From Trichosphaerium sp. ATCC 40318 (lineage: Eukaryota > Protista > Tubulinea), in NCBI GenBank assembly GCA_038496445.1, contig JALMLS010000455.1, positions 372,001 to 436,000 of the forward strand: 64,000 nucleotides of DNA, read 5' to 3'. Shown one piece after another: positions 38,418 through 58,000 of the stretch (position 1 is its first letter; every line of letters begins with the position of its first letter). The position numbers and the translations under genes were made by a program. The notes below the pieces were generated by a model, which saw nothing but the letters and a program-made list of their open reading frames with translations, was not told the DNA's origin and ran no database searches.

Positions 38418-38848
38418 CGGATGTATGATGTGGCGGATTTTGCACGTAGTATTTTCTCCGCACCAGAAATTTAACCACAATTTCGGAACATCTTCCTCGC
38501 GCTTGCTGTCAACTACTCAACTTATCACTTGAGTGCTAAATACGCTGTAGCATTTCATGCACTATGTTTTTATATCAATGACATTTGTGACATACCTAAC
38601 CGGCCCGAATTGTCCAAAGAAATCTTCAAAAAAAAAAAGAATTGAAGAAGTGTTCTTTCATAAAACAACATTCTTACTAGTTTCGCGCATGTTTGATCAA
38701 AACCGAAAAACGTATAGCTGTGTTGGAAATTTTTAATATGCCAGTGTTTAATATGTAGCAAACTGTACAATATGCGTCATTTATTTGGAGTTGTAATAAC
38801 AATTTTTTGGGGTTTTTTTTTTAAGCCGTTGATTTTAATATTTTTTTT

Positions 38849-41800
38849 TTACAATGTCCCTGAAGATGACTTGAAAGTTCGGACCATTTCTTGCGCTTGA
38901 TCAAGTTGTTGTGATAATCGAGCTATTTCAATATCCTTCTCTCTTATTTCTTCTACAAGACCAATAATAATTTTATCCTAAGCAAGATTAAGATCACGTG
39001 ATAAGAAGAGCAGAGAAGAAAAAAACGCGAAAAAAACCCCGAAAAAACTCCACTTACTTTCTCTTCAATCTTCTGTTGTGCAAATATACCATTTGCTCCA
39101 TTCAATGGTGTTAAAGTCGTAAGGGAAAACTGTACAAATAATTTATGGTTTAATAATTCTTCACTACTTGGCCTCGCGTCAGGGTCAACAGCTAATAACT
39201 TCGAAACAAGCTGTGCCTAAAAAAGAAAAAAAAAAGTCAGACTCCGAAATAACACTAAGCTGGGGAACCTCTTCTTTATGATTTTTCCACATTTCATCAG
39301 GTATCAAAGCTTGTCTTGCTCTTAAAAGTTTTCTAACAAAATCTGTAACATTATTGTTCCTTGTCATGTACATTTCTACAAAAATCATTCCAAAAGCAAA
39401 CATATCAGCCTTGAAGTTATAATCGGCAACCTAAACAAAAAAACACGTGTCAACATTCAAAATCAAAGTCCTCTAAGAAGTATAGCATGCATAGTAATCA
39501 CTCACTTCATACATACGCTCCGAAATCAAAGAACAAGAAATAAAAAACAAATTAGAAAATGCTCTTTTAAACGTACACGTTGATGACCTTTTTGATGGAA
39601 TTGCTCAGGTGCAGAGTATAGACGATTTCCAACGCCAGTTGTCAATCTATAATATATTTCTGCAGTTGGCTTATCCCACGACTGAATAGTTTTTTCATCT
39701 GCCTGAAAAACTCCAGGTAGGGAAGCTTGATAAAAAACGTAAATACCAAAAAGTACAACAAAAAAAAAAATTGCATTAGTACACTTTGGATGTCCGCCAT
39801 CAAGTGAAGCAGTAGGTGACTGAGGGAATAAAGTAGGTGGCGCATTAGCCTTAACTCTAGCTTCTTCTCTATCGTTTCTAACTCTAGCAGCAGTCTTCAA
39901 GTCACGTGCCAAGCCAAAATCACCAATTTTAACTAAAAGAAAAAAAAAGTAAGCAAAAAACGCAAGTGAATGGATTTGATAGAAGTGATATCACATTATA
40001 GTTATTGTAAAAGCAAAGAGCATTGAATGAATTACAAAAAACCGGTTAATATATATTTGAGTATACCTGATCGCCCATCCTTGCTGATAAAACTAAAGAA
40101 CCAAGTGAGAAAATGGAAAATAAAAGAGCATTAAAAAAAGAACCAAAAAACTTGTTCCCAAGCTCAGAGCACGTACATATTGGATGGTTTTAGATCTCTA
40201 TGGACACAATCATATTTATGTATATGCCTCAATCCTTTTACTACAAACAAATTAAACAAGAATCTTTTTAACACGTGATAAATTAAAGGACTACTCAAAA
40301 GAGCATTAAAGATATACTTTCAAGGAACGAAAAAGCTTACGTATTTGAAATAATATATGCAAGTTTTCTTGCGGTTTAATGTTACGCTTAGGATCATCAA
40401 GCCAATCTCTTAATGTTGCAGACTGACATAACTCCATTACCATATATAATACACTCTTTTTTGCTAAACAAAGAATTAACTTAGTAATCTATCAATGTGA
40501 AGATCTTGGTACCTATCGAATCTGACAAGCTGTTCGTAGATCCAGTTGATAGCAAACTAGAATCAATAGATGAATAACTCCCATTACTAGCAGAGAATAC
40601 AAGAGAAGATTGACTTGTTGAGAAGGAATGTACATCTCCACTTGCAGATCTAGAGACAGGGTATAAATATCAAGATGTTAAAAAAAAGATAATACGCAGT
40701 AACACTGTTACTCGTTTTCCTGAAGCTCTATACACAAAAAGTGATCTTCAACGTACGTAATGGTCTCCCCTTCTTTGGATGTAGCATCACCTACAGTTGT
40801 ACCACTCCGTGTCTTTTCTAAAGAACTCTTTCGTGATAATTCTTCACTTGTCTCCTTTATAACATGCACGCTGTCTTCTGAGAAGTCATCCTCCTACAAC
40901 TCTAATAAACAATCGTACAAAAGAAAACAAGGCAAAACATCTTTAAATCCATTAACGAATTCACAACTAACCTCTAACCATGAAGTGTAATATCGCCTAG
41001 TAGAACCATTAGATCAATCAATCTCAGAACGAAAAAAAGAAAAAGTTAAAACTTTTTCAACAATGACTTTGACAGCTCCATGAAGGGTTACGTACACTAT
41101 ATTTTCATGTGGACTCATTTTTGCGAGTACATTTACTTCTTTGACTCTCCTTTTAAGAAGTTGAGCATCACGTAAAGTATCTAAACTCTACAGAAAAAAA
41201 TCAACAAAAAGGTTTACACAAAATAAAAATATATCAAAACTCGTAAAACAAAAAGGCAAAACTGAAGTGCCACTGGCTTTATAACCACTCCAGCATGCTA
41301 AATATTAACACGGACACACTAATTTCTCCGGTGACACGCGACACTGTAAGAATAACTGAAAAAAAAGCGTAGAAACCCAAAGTGGGGTGGCTTACCTCGA
41401 AATGAACTTTTTTAATAGCATAAAATTGACCATCTAACTCATTCTTACACTTGTACACTGCTCCAAAGTTTCCTCTTCCTAAATGCTCAATCTCTAAACA
41501 AAAATTTTAGTAAGACTGCAAACAAATAATACAATAGAAGAGGGGCCTGCGGCAGTCCACAAAGAAACAAAAAAAAAAAAAGAAATTGATTCCTACTTCC
41601 AAAAAGGCTTTTTACGCTACTGATTCACGTGGTTTTTATACAAGGGTTGTAAACGCTTGATTATGAGCTCGAAAAAATATCAAAAAATAAATAAAACAAA
41701 ACTCGGCGTTAGATTACGTCGTAAACATTTCGCAATAACCTTGCAAGCGTATTTTACGCAAAATTAAAAATACTTATCACAAAAACAAAAAAAAGTTCGT

Positions 41801-42499
41801 CTTTCTTCGAGAATTGTTTGACAAGTCCGCGCTCCCATACGCACCTTTGTATTCATGAGCGTATCTCTTACTTCTAGCAGCTGATAACTTTGAAGTGTCA
41901 CGTATTACAGCAACAAAGCCCTTTATAGGCCCAGAATCAGATTTAATCTCTCCCAACGATATTTCTATTGGGAATACAACTCCATTCTTTCTACTTCCTT
42001 TGAGTTGACGTGTAACACCAATCTTCGTGTACGTTTTAGCGTAAAGAAGAGTGTTACGAGAAGAAAAAAAAACCCGGTAGAACCGCGTACTAGTTTGCCT
42101 TGGCGTGTTTTATGGTAAGACTTTAAGAACATGTGGTGGACATCTCTATAAGGCGAAGGCATCAAAGTAGATACGTTTTCGCCAATTATCTCGTCTCTCT
42201 CGTATTCAAACATCTAGGGAAGTAGTGTACGTGTTATAAATGTGTATAGCATTATTAAATAACGGTATTTGGTATATACCTTTACTGCGGCATCATTAAA
42301 GGATGTAATGACACCTTGTTTATCTGTTGTAACTATAGCGTCTATTATGGCATTGACAACAGCCGATTCGGCCATAGTAAATTCGAGAGTACCACTGCCC
42401 TTCCTATTGTCTGTCATTCATGTATTAGACATTCTTAGTGCTCTCACTTGCCGATAAGTTTGGTTTCCTCTTTTTCGGTTCTTTGGCGCTATTATACAT
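38849..42499 (-). CDS. eIF2-alpha kinase (HRI/PERK/GCN2 family) with N-terminal FixL-type PAS domain and C-terminal coiled coil
   Basis: [28 protein letters not shown]...[22 protein letters not shown]...IGVTR...[15 protein letters not shown]. Kinase [38 protein letters not shown], long Ser-rich insert, [40 protein letters not shown]. The start (42499, or 42417) is tentative. Confidence 0.9.
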
Positions 42500-43548
42500 C
42501 CCCCCGAACCTCTTTTGCTACCTTGGGAACTTGAGCGGTATTGGCTCATGCGGGAGCAACAGCCTTCTTTTTGATTTAGCGTTGAAATAGCAAAGCTCGC
42601 CGTTGACGGTCTTTGTCTTTTAGCAGGTGGTGCTAAAACCTCTTTTGAGCATTTACGACGCATGTACGTGTGTGTCACAAGTGTCTATTGTCGGAAAATG
42701 AACTAATAATTCATTGTGACACATTTAATGCTTGTAGGCCTCTTACCAGCTGTTTTCTATGAGAATTCATTGGGATTTATGCCTGTTACACGCGATTTCG
42801 AAAGGAAAATACCTAACCTGTTGCTTTTTTCTTGATTCACAATGTACTAAGAACGGAGTAATGTACTGGTACGTAAAAACGCGTAACGGGGGATTATGCA
42901 ACTAATATACGAGCCTCAGTTCTTGATATTTAATAGCTCAGCTATGGGGCAAAACGCTAGTTACAGCTTTGGAGACGGACAAAAGGAATAAAATGTCCCA
43001 ATCCGTATTTTATTTTTAAAGTGATAAAAAGTGTTAAAAAGTACTGAAAAACTGTTGCTGTTTTAAAGAGCTCGTTGCTCCGCTATTATTAGTTTTTGAT
43101 ATTGAACTCCATTGAAAAGTAGTACATAGCCCTTTGTTTAGCGTCAAAAAGCTAAAGCCTATACACAGAACGGCCACAATTAAGAAAAACAGTCACATAC
43201 AATTTTTGGTCTTTTCACGGATTTTCACCAACGCAAACGTCATAGCTACATTACTTTCAAGTATTTTCTTGATTGTAATGAATACTAAAGACATAACTAG
43301 CAAAGGATGGCGTACTACTGTAACATACTATTGATTCAAATAAAGAAAGTAACTTTTCCGAATGAGACTAGAAAACTCAAGCACTAGATTATTCATCTTT
43401 TAGCCGTCTACAATATCTTTGTTTGTCGAGAACCAAGGATTAAGACACTAGTCTTAAAGTCACATGTAGTATTAAAACGCACACAAACAGGCTTTTATTG
43501 TGCTTTTAAACAGGTTTTCTTTAAAATATCTAAAGGTATTACATGGTT

Positions 43549-48766
<5,218 letters not shown>

Positions 48767-49071
48767 TGCCAAAAGAGTTAAATTACGGCTAAAGTGACAT
48801 TTTGTTAAGCACTCTTTTTTTCCTAGGTTTCAACAGCAAAGCGCATTAAATACTCTATGGTGAGTATCAAAGTCGTAATATGTTTTGCTAACAGAGAGTT
48901 GACACGCCAAATGACAGGTGTCACTTAATTAAACTTTTTTACCTCAGCATAGGACTGCTGTATGGTTTCAACAGTCAAAGTAAGTGCCCACAAAGAATGA
49001 CGTATTTTTTAACCGCTTAACTGACAACTGCCATATTTTTGATAGAAGCGTATTTAACACGGTATGAGGAG
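48767..49071. promoter_or_regulatory. Bidirectional promoter between the HYKK-aminotransferase fusion and Piezo
   Basis: Divergent ATGs about 300 bp apart; multiple TGACA/GTTGAC/GTCAA motifs. Confidence 0.55.
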
Positions 49072-52000
49072 ATGACCATTTCGTTGTTTGTTTACACCAA
49101 GGTGTTTGCCTTGGTGTTGCTCATCGGTACCCAAAAACAGATGAAACTGCTCTAACACTTACCAGCCGCGCTAATACGCATTACCGCGCCGTCATACATC
49201 TATCTCTTTAGTTTTTTGCTACACACGCTGTTCGTGCCGCACGCAGTGCTGCAAGCGCGTCGTACGTATCAAAATTACTACTTACGAGTATTTTGACTAA
49301 ATGTACAGGTACTCTGGCAAAATGCTTGATTATCTACCTGTTAGTACTATCATCTGCCATGTGCCTTGGCCATATTTTATTCCAGTCTATTGTTTGGTCA
49401 CTTCCTTCACTTTGGGGTAATTTATCTGATGAAGGAAAGCAGATATTCCAATTTGTGGGCTTTGAAAAGTGCGTATACGAGAGAATCTTCCAACAACTAA
49501 TGTTATTGATAAAAAACTCCCAAACGTTCAAGAATACAACCAATAGCAATTTAACGCGTAAAAAACACTTGTTGTATGATTTTTACTTGTTTTAACGTTT
49601 AAATGTCACTAAAACGCCAAAATTACGTAAATATCCCTCAAACGGTATTAATATCAATCCTAGGAGCGATAAATGGTATGAGATAATACGCCTTATAGCG
49701 CCTGATGTAGCTGTTTGCGCTTTTTGTATTTTCTTCACTGTCATGTTGAAAAAAAAAGCTCTTTTTTCGGATGTAAGGATGGGTACGTTTAATTTATAAG
49801 TGTTCCACGTGAAAAGTTACATTTCGCATTATGGAAATTTCTACTCCACACCCATCACAAAAATTGTGAAAAGGCTATTTTTTGAAGCACGTGTGCGAAG
49901 CCTTCCTTACTTGTTTTAGAAATGTACAGAAAACAAGCTGCAGGAAAACCTCATGGTCTTTCTTATCTTGTTGGATTTATTCTATTCCTTCTAAGTTGTG
50001 CTTATCCTTCTATACCTTCATTTGTATACAGTGGTTGCTTTTTGATAACACTTACATTACAAGCAATCATGAAGCTTTCAATGTTTAGGATAACAACAGT
50101 GTACGTCGTTAATTACAGCTTGATTTCTTTTTGAAAAAACCTTCGGTACTCATCTTTCAGACGCTAAAACCTCTCTAGGTTTTGGCCATGGGTTTATATT
50201 TATACTGTGTTACATGTTATAGCCATGTACGCATTTCAGATACCGTGGTTAGAAAAGAAAACTCCAGATGTACAACAAAAAAAAATACCTTTTTTGTTCT
50301 GTCTAAGTTTTCTCCTTGAAGGCCTTGAAGAAAGTGTTTGGAGTTCAATCAGTATCAAGTCTAAAATGGGATTATGTATCCGTATCTATTGTAGCTGGAT
50401 GGTTACTTCCAATAGCATTATGCATCACTGTACGTTTATTTTTCATGATTAATAATGTTACTGCTTTTTTCTACGACGTTCTTGACTTTTACTTATTTTA
50501 TAGTACTCTTACTGGTTCCTACATCGTGCGGTTAGAAATAAGATACACAAAGAATTCCCAAAGTATCGCAAACTTACTGGTAAAGACGATAAGGCTGATA
50601 AGTAAGTTTGGTTTGATTTCCATAGTAGTTTCTACTTTAACATTTATTACTGGTTTGTTAATTCTATTTCTAGAACCAAAAGTGATAAGAAGCGCACAAA
50701 GCATTCTTCCTACTTCAAAAATATCGGTTATTATTGGTATAAGCACGGTTGGAACGTACGTGAATGTTTCTATTAAAGGAAACATCAAATGTCTAATTTT
50801 TTAAATAGCTTGTTCTGTGTTTCCTTCTTTTATCAGCGTTTATAAATCCATCAGTATTCGGGTTTGTTTTCGTAATTGCTGTTTGCATAGGTATGAAAAT
50901 ACACATATTATAAACACTGTACTGACCTTTTTTTTTAAGGTAGTGTCGTACCGCCAAGACTTCTTTGGAAATTCCGATTTTTTTTGATTTTGAACATTTA
51001 TTTCATATGTATCTTGGCTGTTCAGTTTGTATTTAACATTGGTCTAACAACGTTCAAAGAAGTAAGCAGTATTTAATAAGTTGTTCATTCGATTGTTTTT
51101 GAAACTAACGAGGTTTTCACAGTCTGATAATCTAAAATCAATTGGTATGAAACACTGGGATTTATTTGGTGTCTACTACGGTGGGCAGTTGTTCTGTGCC
51201 TGTATACTCTCTTTATACTCTCGTAGTACAATATATGAGTCAGAAAAAGCACCAGCATTAACTACTAGTTTCAGTTCAAGTGAGGTAGTTACAATGAAAG
51301 CACTAACAAATGTAATAACTTTTTTTAGGAAACAGTAGTACTTGAAGATGAGCAATTAGGAAGCAACAAACAAGCATTTTCTTTAGCGAATACTCTACTA
51401 CTGGATGCTACAGCACAGTTTCCTTCTGCTAGAAACCGTGGAGATGCTGATAAAAAGCCTAATACTGATGTTTCAGCTGACGCTGAGGGACCGCTTTTGG
51501 TTAAAAGCAGTAGCACTGACAGTAATGGTTCTACTAAGAAACGAAAGCCCCGTAAAAAGAAGAGTAAGAGTGACACAGAAGATATATTCAGTAGTTCATC
51601 TAGAAGTAATTCATCAAGAAGTGATAATTCAGCAGCAATAGAGCAAGATGCTGATGGTGTGATACATATTAAGAGAAAGAAAAGGTAAGCACTAAGTTTC
51701 TTATTTTTTTCTTCTTCAAAATTTTGTTATTTATGTACTTTATTCTTAGGAGCATTTCCCGTACTCTGTATAAACTATTTAACAGTAAAACCGTTGCTGC
51801 GTTCTGGAATGTATGTAGATTGGTTGGATTAATCCTATTACGTTATTCATACTTGATATCTCTTGTTGGTCTATACTTTGCTTCACTCTTCACTGGTGTT
51901 ACAATATTTAACGCTGGTTATCGTAAGTTTTATTCAGCTCGGTTTGTTCATTAACTAATGACCCTCTTCTCTTTCTTTAGTTATGTTCTTTATTGCTTTT

Positions 52001-55000
52001 GCTATATCAAGACGTTTTGCTATGTTTTCTTGGCTTGCACTTGTAGTTTATACTCAGTTTGTTGTGAGCACTGTTTATGTTTGGCAGTTTACTTGGACGA
52101 CTAGTCTTGGAAATAAATATCCTGATCTAGTTATGCGTATAGGTACGTTAGAAGGACTAGAAGATTATTTAGATGCGAAATAAGTATCAAGGATTGTAAC
52201 ATTGCTTAGGTCTTCAACGTTTCGAAGATACAAGAATTTGGAATGGCATGATCAAAGATCTTATTATTTTCATATTTGCTATTCTTCAATGGCGTGTTAA
52301 TAAGTGGACAGAGTCAAAGTCATCAGGTAAGCATAGTGCTGTTACTATTAAAATATAATTTAAGCTCATACTTAAAATAGAGGTACAGAATGCTGAAGCC
52401 AAGTTACCGAGCTGGATGAGACTGGTACGTACTCAGTTGAATAGTTATGGGGTTTTTTAACAGTTGTTATCAAGGTGGTAACATTTGTTGCTGGTGTATG
52501 GGAATATCTTGGGCTTGTTGCATGTTATGTTGCACTTTGGTGTGTTGCCATTATAGGAACACAAAGTGTTGTTGGATTATTGTACGTTGGTCGTATTACT
52601 TCTGTTCTTGTTTTGTTTCGTCTGCTCTGGCATGTTGCTTATTCTATGCTTTCCGTAGTTACCTTGCGTTCTTATTCACTTGCTTGTGCGTTCATATGAC
52701 AACGTTAGACTCTGTTAAGCATTTGAAACGCTACTGGTTGTTCATTGTTTTCTTCAGTGGTATAATTTTGATCGGTACGTATTTCTGAACCAAAATCGGT
52801 TTATTTATCGTGTCTTATAGGCCGTTATGTCTATCAATTTCCAGTTGTTGCAAGCAAGATATCGGACTTCTACGGAAAGAATAAACGTATCCATACACTA
52901 CACCTTCTTTTTTTTTGTGCTTTTTATTCATTGAACATTTTGTTTTTCTCTTTAACTCATAAACAGCAATTACTCTTGAAGAGATTGGATTAGTTCTGTA
53001 CAGTACGGATAAAACTGATCGAGAAACGGCTCCTCTATTTGTGGGGTTAATTGGCAATACTCTTATATTTGTATTGACTGTCGTTCAATTCACCCTCATG
53101 GTCAACAGCGGCAAGGTGAAACCAATTACAAAAAAACCCCAAGTACTTTTTCCTAATCTCTATTAGGAGCGCGCAGCTGCTCTACGCATGCTTAAAACTA
53201 CACCGATGCTTATGCAAGTCATAGCATTTTTCAGAAGGCTTATGGTCCTTCATATGCCTAAAGTGGCCACTATTGTACAAACATACATGTTTATGGTTAT
53301 TTGGTTTCTCATTTTTTCTGTCTTAGGTTTTGCTTGTCATTGCGTTACAGTACCTCAAAGTATTACACTTTGCATTCATATTTATAGTATTGGTGTGTGT
53401 TCCGTTCCGTTATGCATCTGACCATATTGGTATACCTATCTTAGTGTACACATGGGTATGAACTCAAATTTCTTGCTGTAAGCTTTACAACTTATCATCT
53501 TTTTTTTTTTGATAGGTTCTCATCTTTGCACAACTTACTTATCAATTCTCTGGATTTGACAAAGTAAGCGCTATCCAAAAAGCATTGTTGTTTTGGTTGG
53601 GTATATTGAAAGAAAAGAACAGGTACGAGATTCTTGCATGAAAATGCGTCAAACACTCTTCAAATGGGTTTTTTTCGGTTTTCTCGGTTGTTTTTTTAAT
53701 CATTCCTTGTTTTCCTTGCTCTGACTGTTTGAACTTAAAGGTGGAAGCTTGTAAGCCCTTATTTGTATATTACGATAGTACTTATACTACAACGATTGGC
53801 TTATTTTTGGAAACGTGATGATAGAAAGCAACAGTCACTTAAGAAAGATGTTCTTGCTTTTGATAAATATACAAATGACCTTAAATTATTCGTATACCCA
53901 CGTACCTATGCAGAGTCTAAACACAAGCTTCTTGATAGTGTAAAATGGTATATTTCAAATGCATTCACCCTTCATGGATGGGAGGTACGTAGCTTAAATT
54001 GTACCAGAGCAGTATTGTTTACTGACGACTTGTTAGTTGTGGTGCTTATGTTTAGTCATTGGAATTCTGGTTCGTTATGATATCATGGGTCTGATCTTTG
54101 CTATTGTTCTTGGTATTTACTCTGTTGTATGCACTACAAGGTATCAAGGAAGAACAATTACATGAAAACAAATACCATTTTCTTTGAAGAGGTTTTTTCC
54201 TTAATTTTTGTTTTAGGCCTAAACGAACTTGGGGAATGAGACTTTTACTTGTTGTAATGTCTTTCTCTATGATGTTTCAGTATGTATTCGATAGAGCGTT
54301 CCGGTTACCACCTGTCATACCAGGAGGTGCGATAAACTAAAGCTATATCATTCTGACCTTTGTTAAAATAGATAACACAATACGAGTATGGGATTATCCT
54401 CCAGATCGATGGAATTCCACTTGTAGGTGGGGAGACCCTGCAGCTTATTTGTTACTTGATGTAGCTCCTCCACAGTTTATGATATGTACGTTCAACCCGA
54501 CGAACATCTATTTCGTTGATTTTCGTTTTTTGACCCGAACGATTAAGCTCTATTGTCTTACTTATGTTAAGGTGACTATCTCATTATATTCCTTGGATCT
54601 ACTTTAGTCTATAATTCTACAATGGAAAATACTACAAAGTTACAACAAAGTGACTATTACTATCAGATATTCGTTGATGCGTCTGATCTCCGTAAATACA
54701 AACTTGACAAAAAAAAAGATATACCAATGTACGTTCCTTAACTCTAAGGGAAAAAACTATTTTTCAGGATTTTGACTATGAGGACATACACATGTTCTCA
54801 TTTAGTAGAATAGCATTATTGTTAACTAATTTCGGGTTTTTTATTCAGGGCTTGGATGAAGTCTCTCAGATTTTTGTTTTATCGATTTTCAGTTTACTGG
54901 ATATTGATTTTTGTATTCATCGTTGGTACAATTCAAGCAGATGTACTCTCCTTGGGATATCTCATATTCTCTCTGTATTTCCTAAACAGGCATGAGAGGC

Positions 55001-58000
55001 TTTTCAGAGAGAGAAATCTGAGGTGGAGATGGTTTAGATTGTATAACTTTATAGTTATCTTTGTTCGCGTCTTTTATCAATTTCCTTGTGTTCCTGTACG
55101 CAATGCACTTGGTTTTTTATTCCCTTGTTAACTCAAGAATTTTATGTTAGGCTGCAAATGAAGGCGATATTGATTGGTATGAAGTTCTCGGACTTACAAA
55201 AGTCTACAGAGTTGGTAATGAGAGAGGAAGTATTGCTGATCGTATAATCGCCTTTGATTTGATTATATTCATTCTTTTGGCTTTCCAAAGACGCGTACGT
55301 TGTTATATGACTAATTCAACGTCTTATACAATACACCAAAACCACAGCTGTGTAGTGTTCGATGTGCACGTGCTTATTTCTGTTCATAGTTGTTTAAAAA
55401 AGCAGAATGGGAAATTGTACTCAAAGACATGCGTATACAGCATGAGACAGCTGCTTCTATGGCTCGATTACGTTATAATGAATATCAACAACGTAAACAT
55501 GAAAGAAAGGAAGAAGTGAGACTTTTTAAGGCACAACGTAAACAGCAACTCGAACTCCGTAAGTACACGTTTTTGTAAAAAAACCACTCAAACATATCGC
55601 ACTCACTTGCGATCTCTTACACTCTTTTTTTGGAATAGTCCGTAAAGGTAGAGAGAAGATGCGTAACCTCTTCTTGACTCCAAGAATGGATAGAGAATCA
55701 GAAGATGATGATAGTCACATGGCTAAGCTGAAAAAGATGCGTCGCCTTTCACGTATTGGTTCTTCCTTGGGTACACTCAAAGATATACAGAAGCTTCACA
55801 ATGAGGGGTACACTAAAGCGTAGATTCTATGTTAATATTAACGCCATATAGGGCTCTGAAAGACTCTGGTATTGCTGACGATCTTGGTACCAGCTCTTTG
55901 CTTCGTACACCTTCTGCAGAAAGGAAAAAGAAAGTTCAATTTGCTCTTGACTTGTCTGATGTACAGGAAGAGGAAGATAAACCAAAAGAGAAGGATAAAG
56001 ATGAAGTAGAGCCCAAGAAGGAAGTTAAAAGCATAGTTAAAAAACCCGTAAAAGTCGATTCTGACGATGATAGTGGTGAGTTTGTTATCGAAATAACTTT
56101 TTTTTTTCTATGATTCTTTACTGAATTGGTTACACTAGACTTTGAAGAAAAGGACACAGCTGAATCTACAGACAGTGCTAAAGATATAATCGATGAGGAT
56201 GCAGACTCCGGTTCTAGTAGCACTGATCCAGAAGACTTCAGACTTAGCGAGTACGCTCTTCCCTGTTTATTTTTCTATTTTCTTATTTATTCCCTTCTGT
56301 TAACACGTGCTAGTATGAGCTCGTTTTTTGGTACATTGTTCATGACTGAGGATGACGAAGACGAAGAACAATCAAAACAGGATAAAAAGAAGCAGTACGT
56401 GTCGTGGCTAACTTTAAGCTGTTGTAAACTAATAGTGAATCCAAGAAAAAACAGAAGCAAATTACGAAAAAAATGCTTTTCTTTCATTGGTAGACAAACA
56501 GATAAAGTCATAGCGTTCTTTAAGCCTCACTCAATCCTCAAGATTGATAGTACGTACTTAAAAATAATCACCCTTGCTAACTCACATGCCCAAAACCAGG
56601 TTCACATCCACGATGGGTTCAATTATGGCGCTCTTTGTATGGTGCATTCACGCATCACTCACAGTTCATCGTTTACTTGACATTCATTCTTGCTGCATTA
56701 TTTAATGCTAACTTACTTGCTCTTGTATATCCTATAACATTATTTGGATACGCCATGCTGGAGAGACCTAGACCACCGAAAGTACGCTGTTGTTTCTCAT
56801 GGTTTTACTTCAAACCAAAACAAAATGCTATGATATTTTTTCTTCTCGTACTTTTCCTTTGTTGAGACTATGGGTGATGAAGTGGGTATTTTATTTCTCA
56901 CTACAAAATAATGTTTTGGCTTTTTTGTACTTTCTTTAACCAAACTGGTTGCTTATCTTATTTTTTTCTTCTTTAGATGTATTGGAAGTTGATTAACTAC
57001 TATGTTTGCTTTGTGTTGTGTGTCAAATTTATGTTTCAAATATCCTTCTTCTGTGTATGCCACAGCGCTACTTCAGTCACCTGGTCCACATACCCACATT
57101 GTAATGATGCTGCTACTTGTCGAACACGTATGTCAAAACTCTTTCTTTTCTAATTTCTGTTTTTCCAGCTTTGTTTCTTCTCCTGTTTATGACTTATGAA
57201 TACAATCATGTTGTTCATAACACGAGCTTATTTACCAAAAATTAATAACCCCTAGAACCGCTTGATGGTGATTACAAACCTGATTATCCAACATGGGTTG
57301 GTCTTGTAAAGAATGGATCTAAATCCTATATTATTAGGTACAAAAACAACTGCTATGTCCCACTACTGTTCCTTCTTCAACATGTTCTTTGTCATTTCGT
57401 ACTAACTCATTCCTTCAAGTGCATTTTGGGATGTTGCTGTATTGGTTGCAGTTTCTTTTCATAGATATTGGCTTGAAAAACAAGTGAGTGCTTTTGATTC
57501 CTTATTTCTCTCATTTTTTTTGATTGTTGTTGTTTATCCTTACGTACTTTAAAGGGTTTATGGGATGTCGTGTCTATGCACAGTGGCGAAAATCCAGACG
57601 CTGAAATAAGAAAGACAGAAGCCCGTGAAGCTAAAAAAGCAAAACAACTTCGTGAACAAGAAAAAAGAATACGACATGAACAACTATCTGGATCAGGAGA
57701 TGAAGGAGGTAAACCCTAATATTTTTATACTTGTCTTGTCCACTAGCTGGTCTCTTTGTTTCACGCCTCGTTACTATTCAAAGCATATTAGGTCTATAAT
57801 CAATACTCATGTGATCTTTTAGGTGACTTTTTCCATGATGACACAGACTCCGAGTATAATCCTTCTGATGACCCAGAAGATGTTGAAGATGATACAATAC
57901 TTCCTAGTGATGGTCTACAAGACCAAACCGAAGAAGAAGAAGAGGATAAAGATAAGCGTGAGAGCTTACTTATTGAGGATATTGATCCTCAATCTGAACC

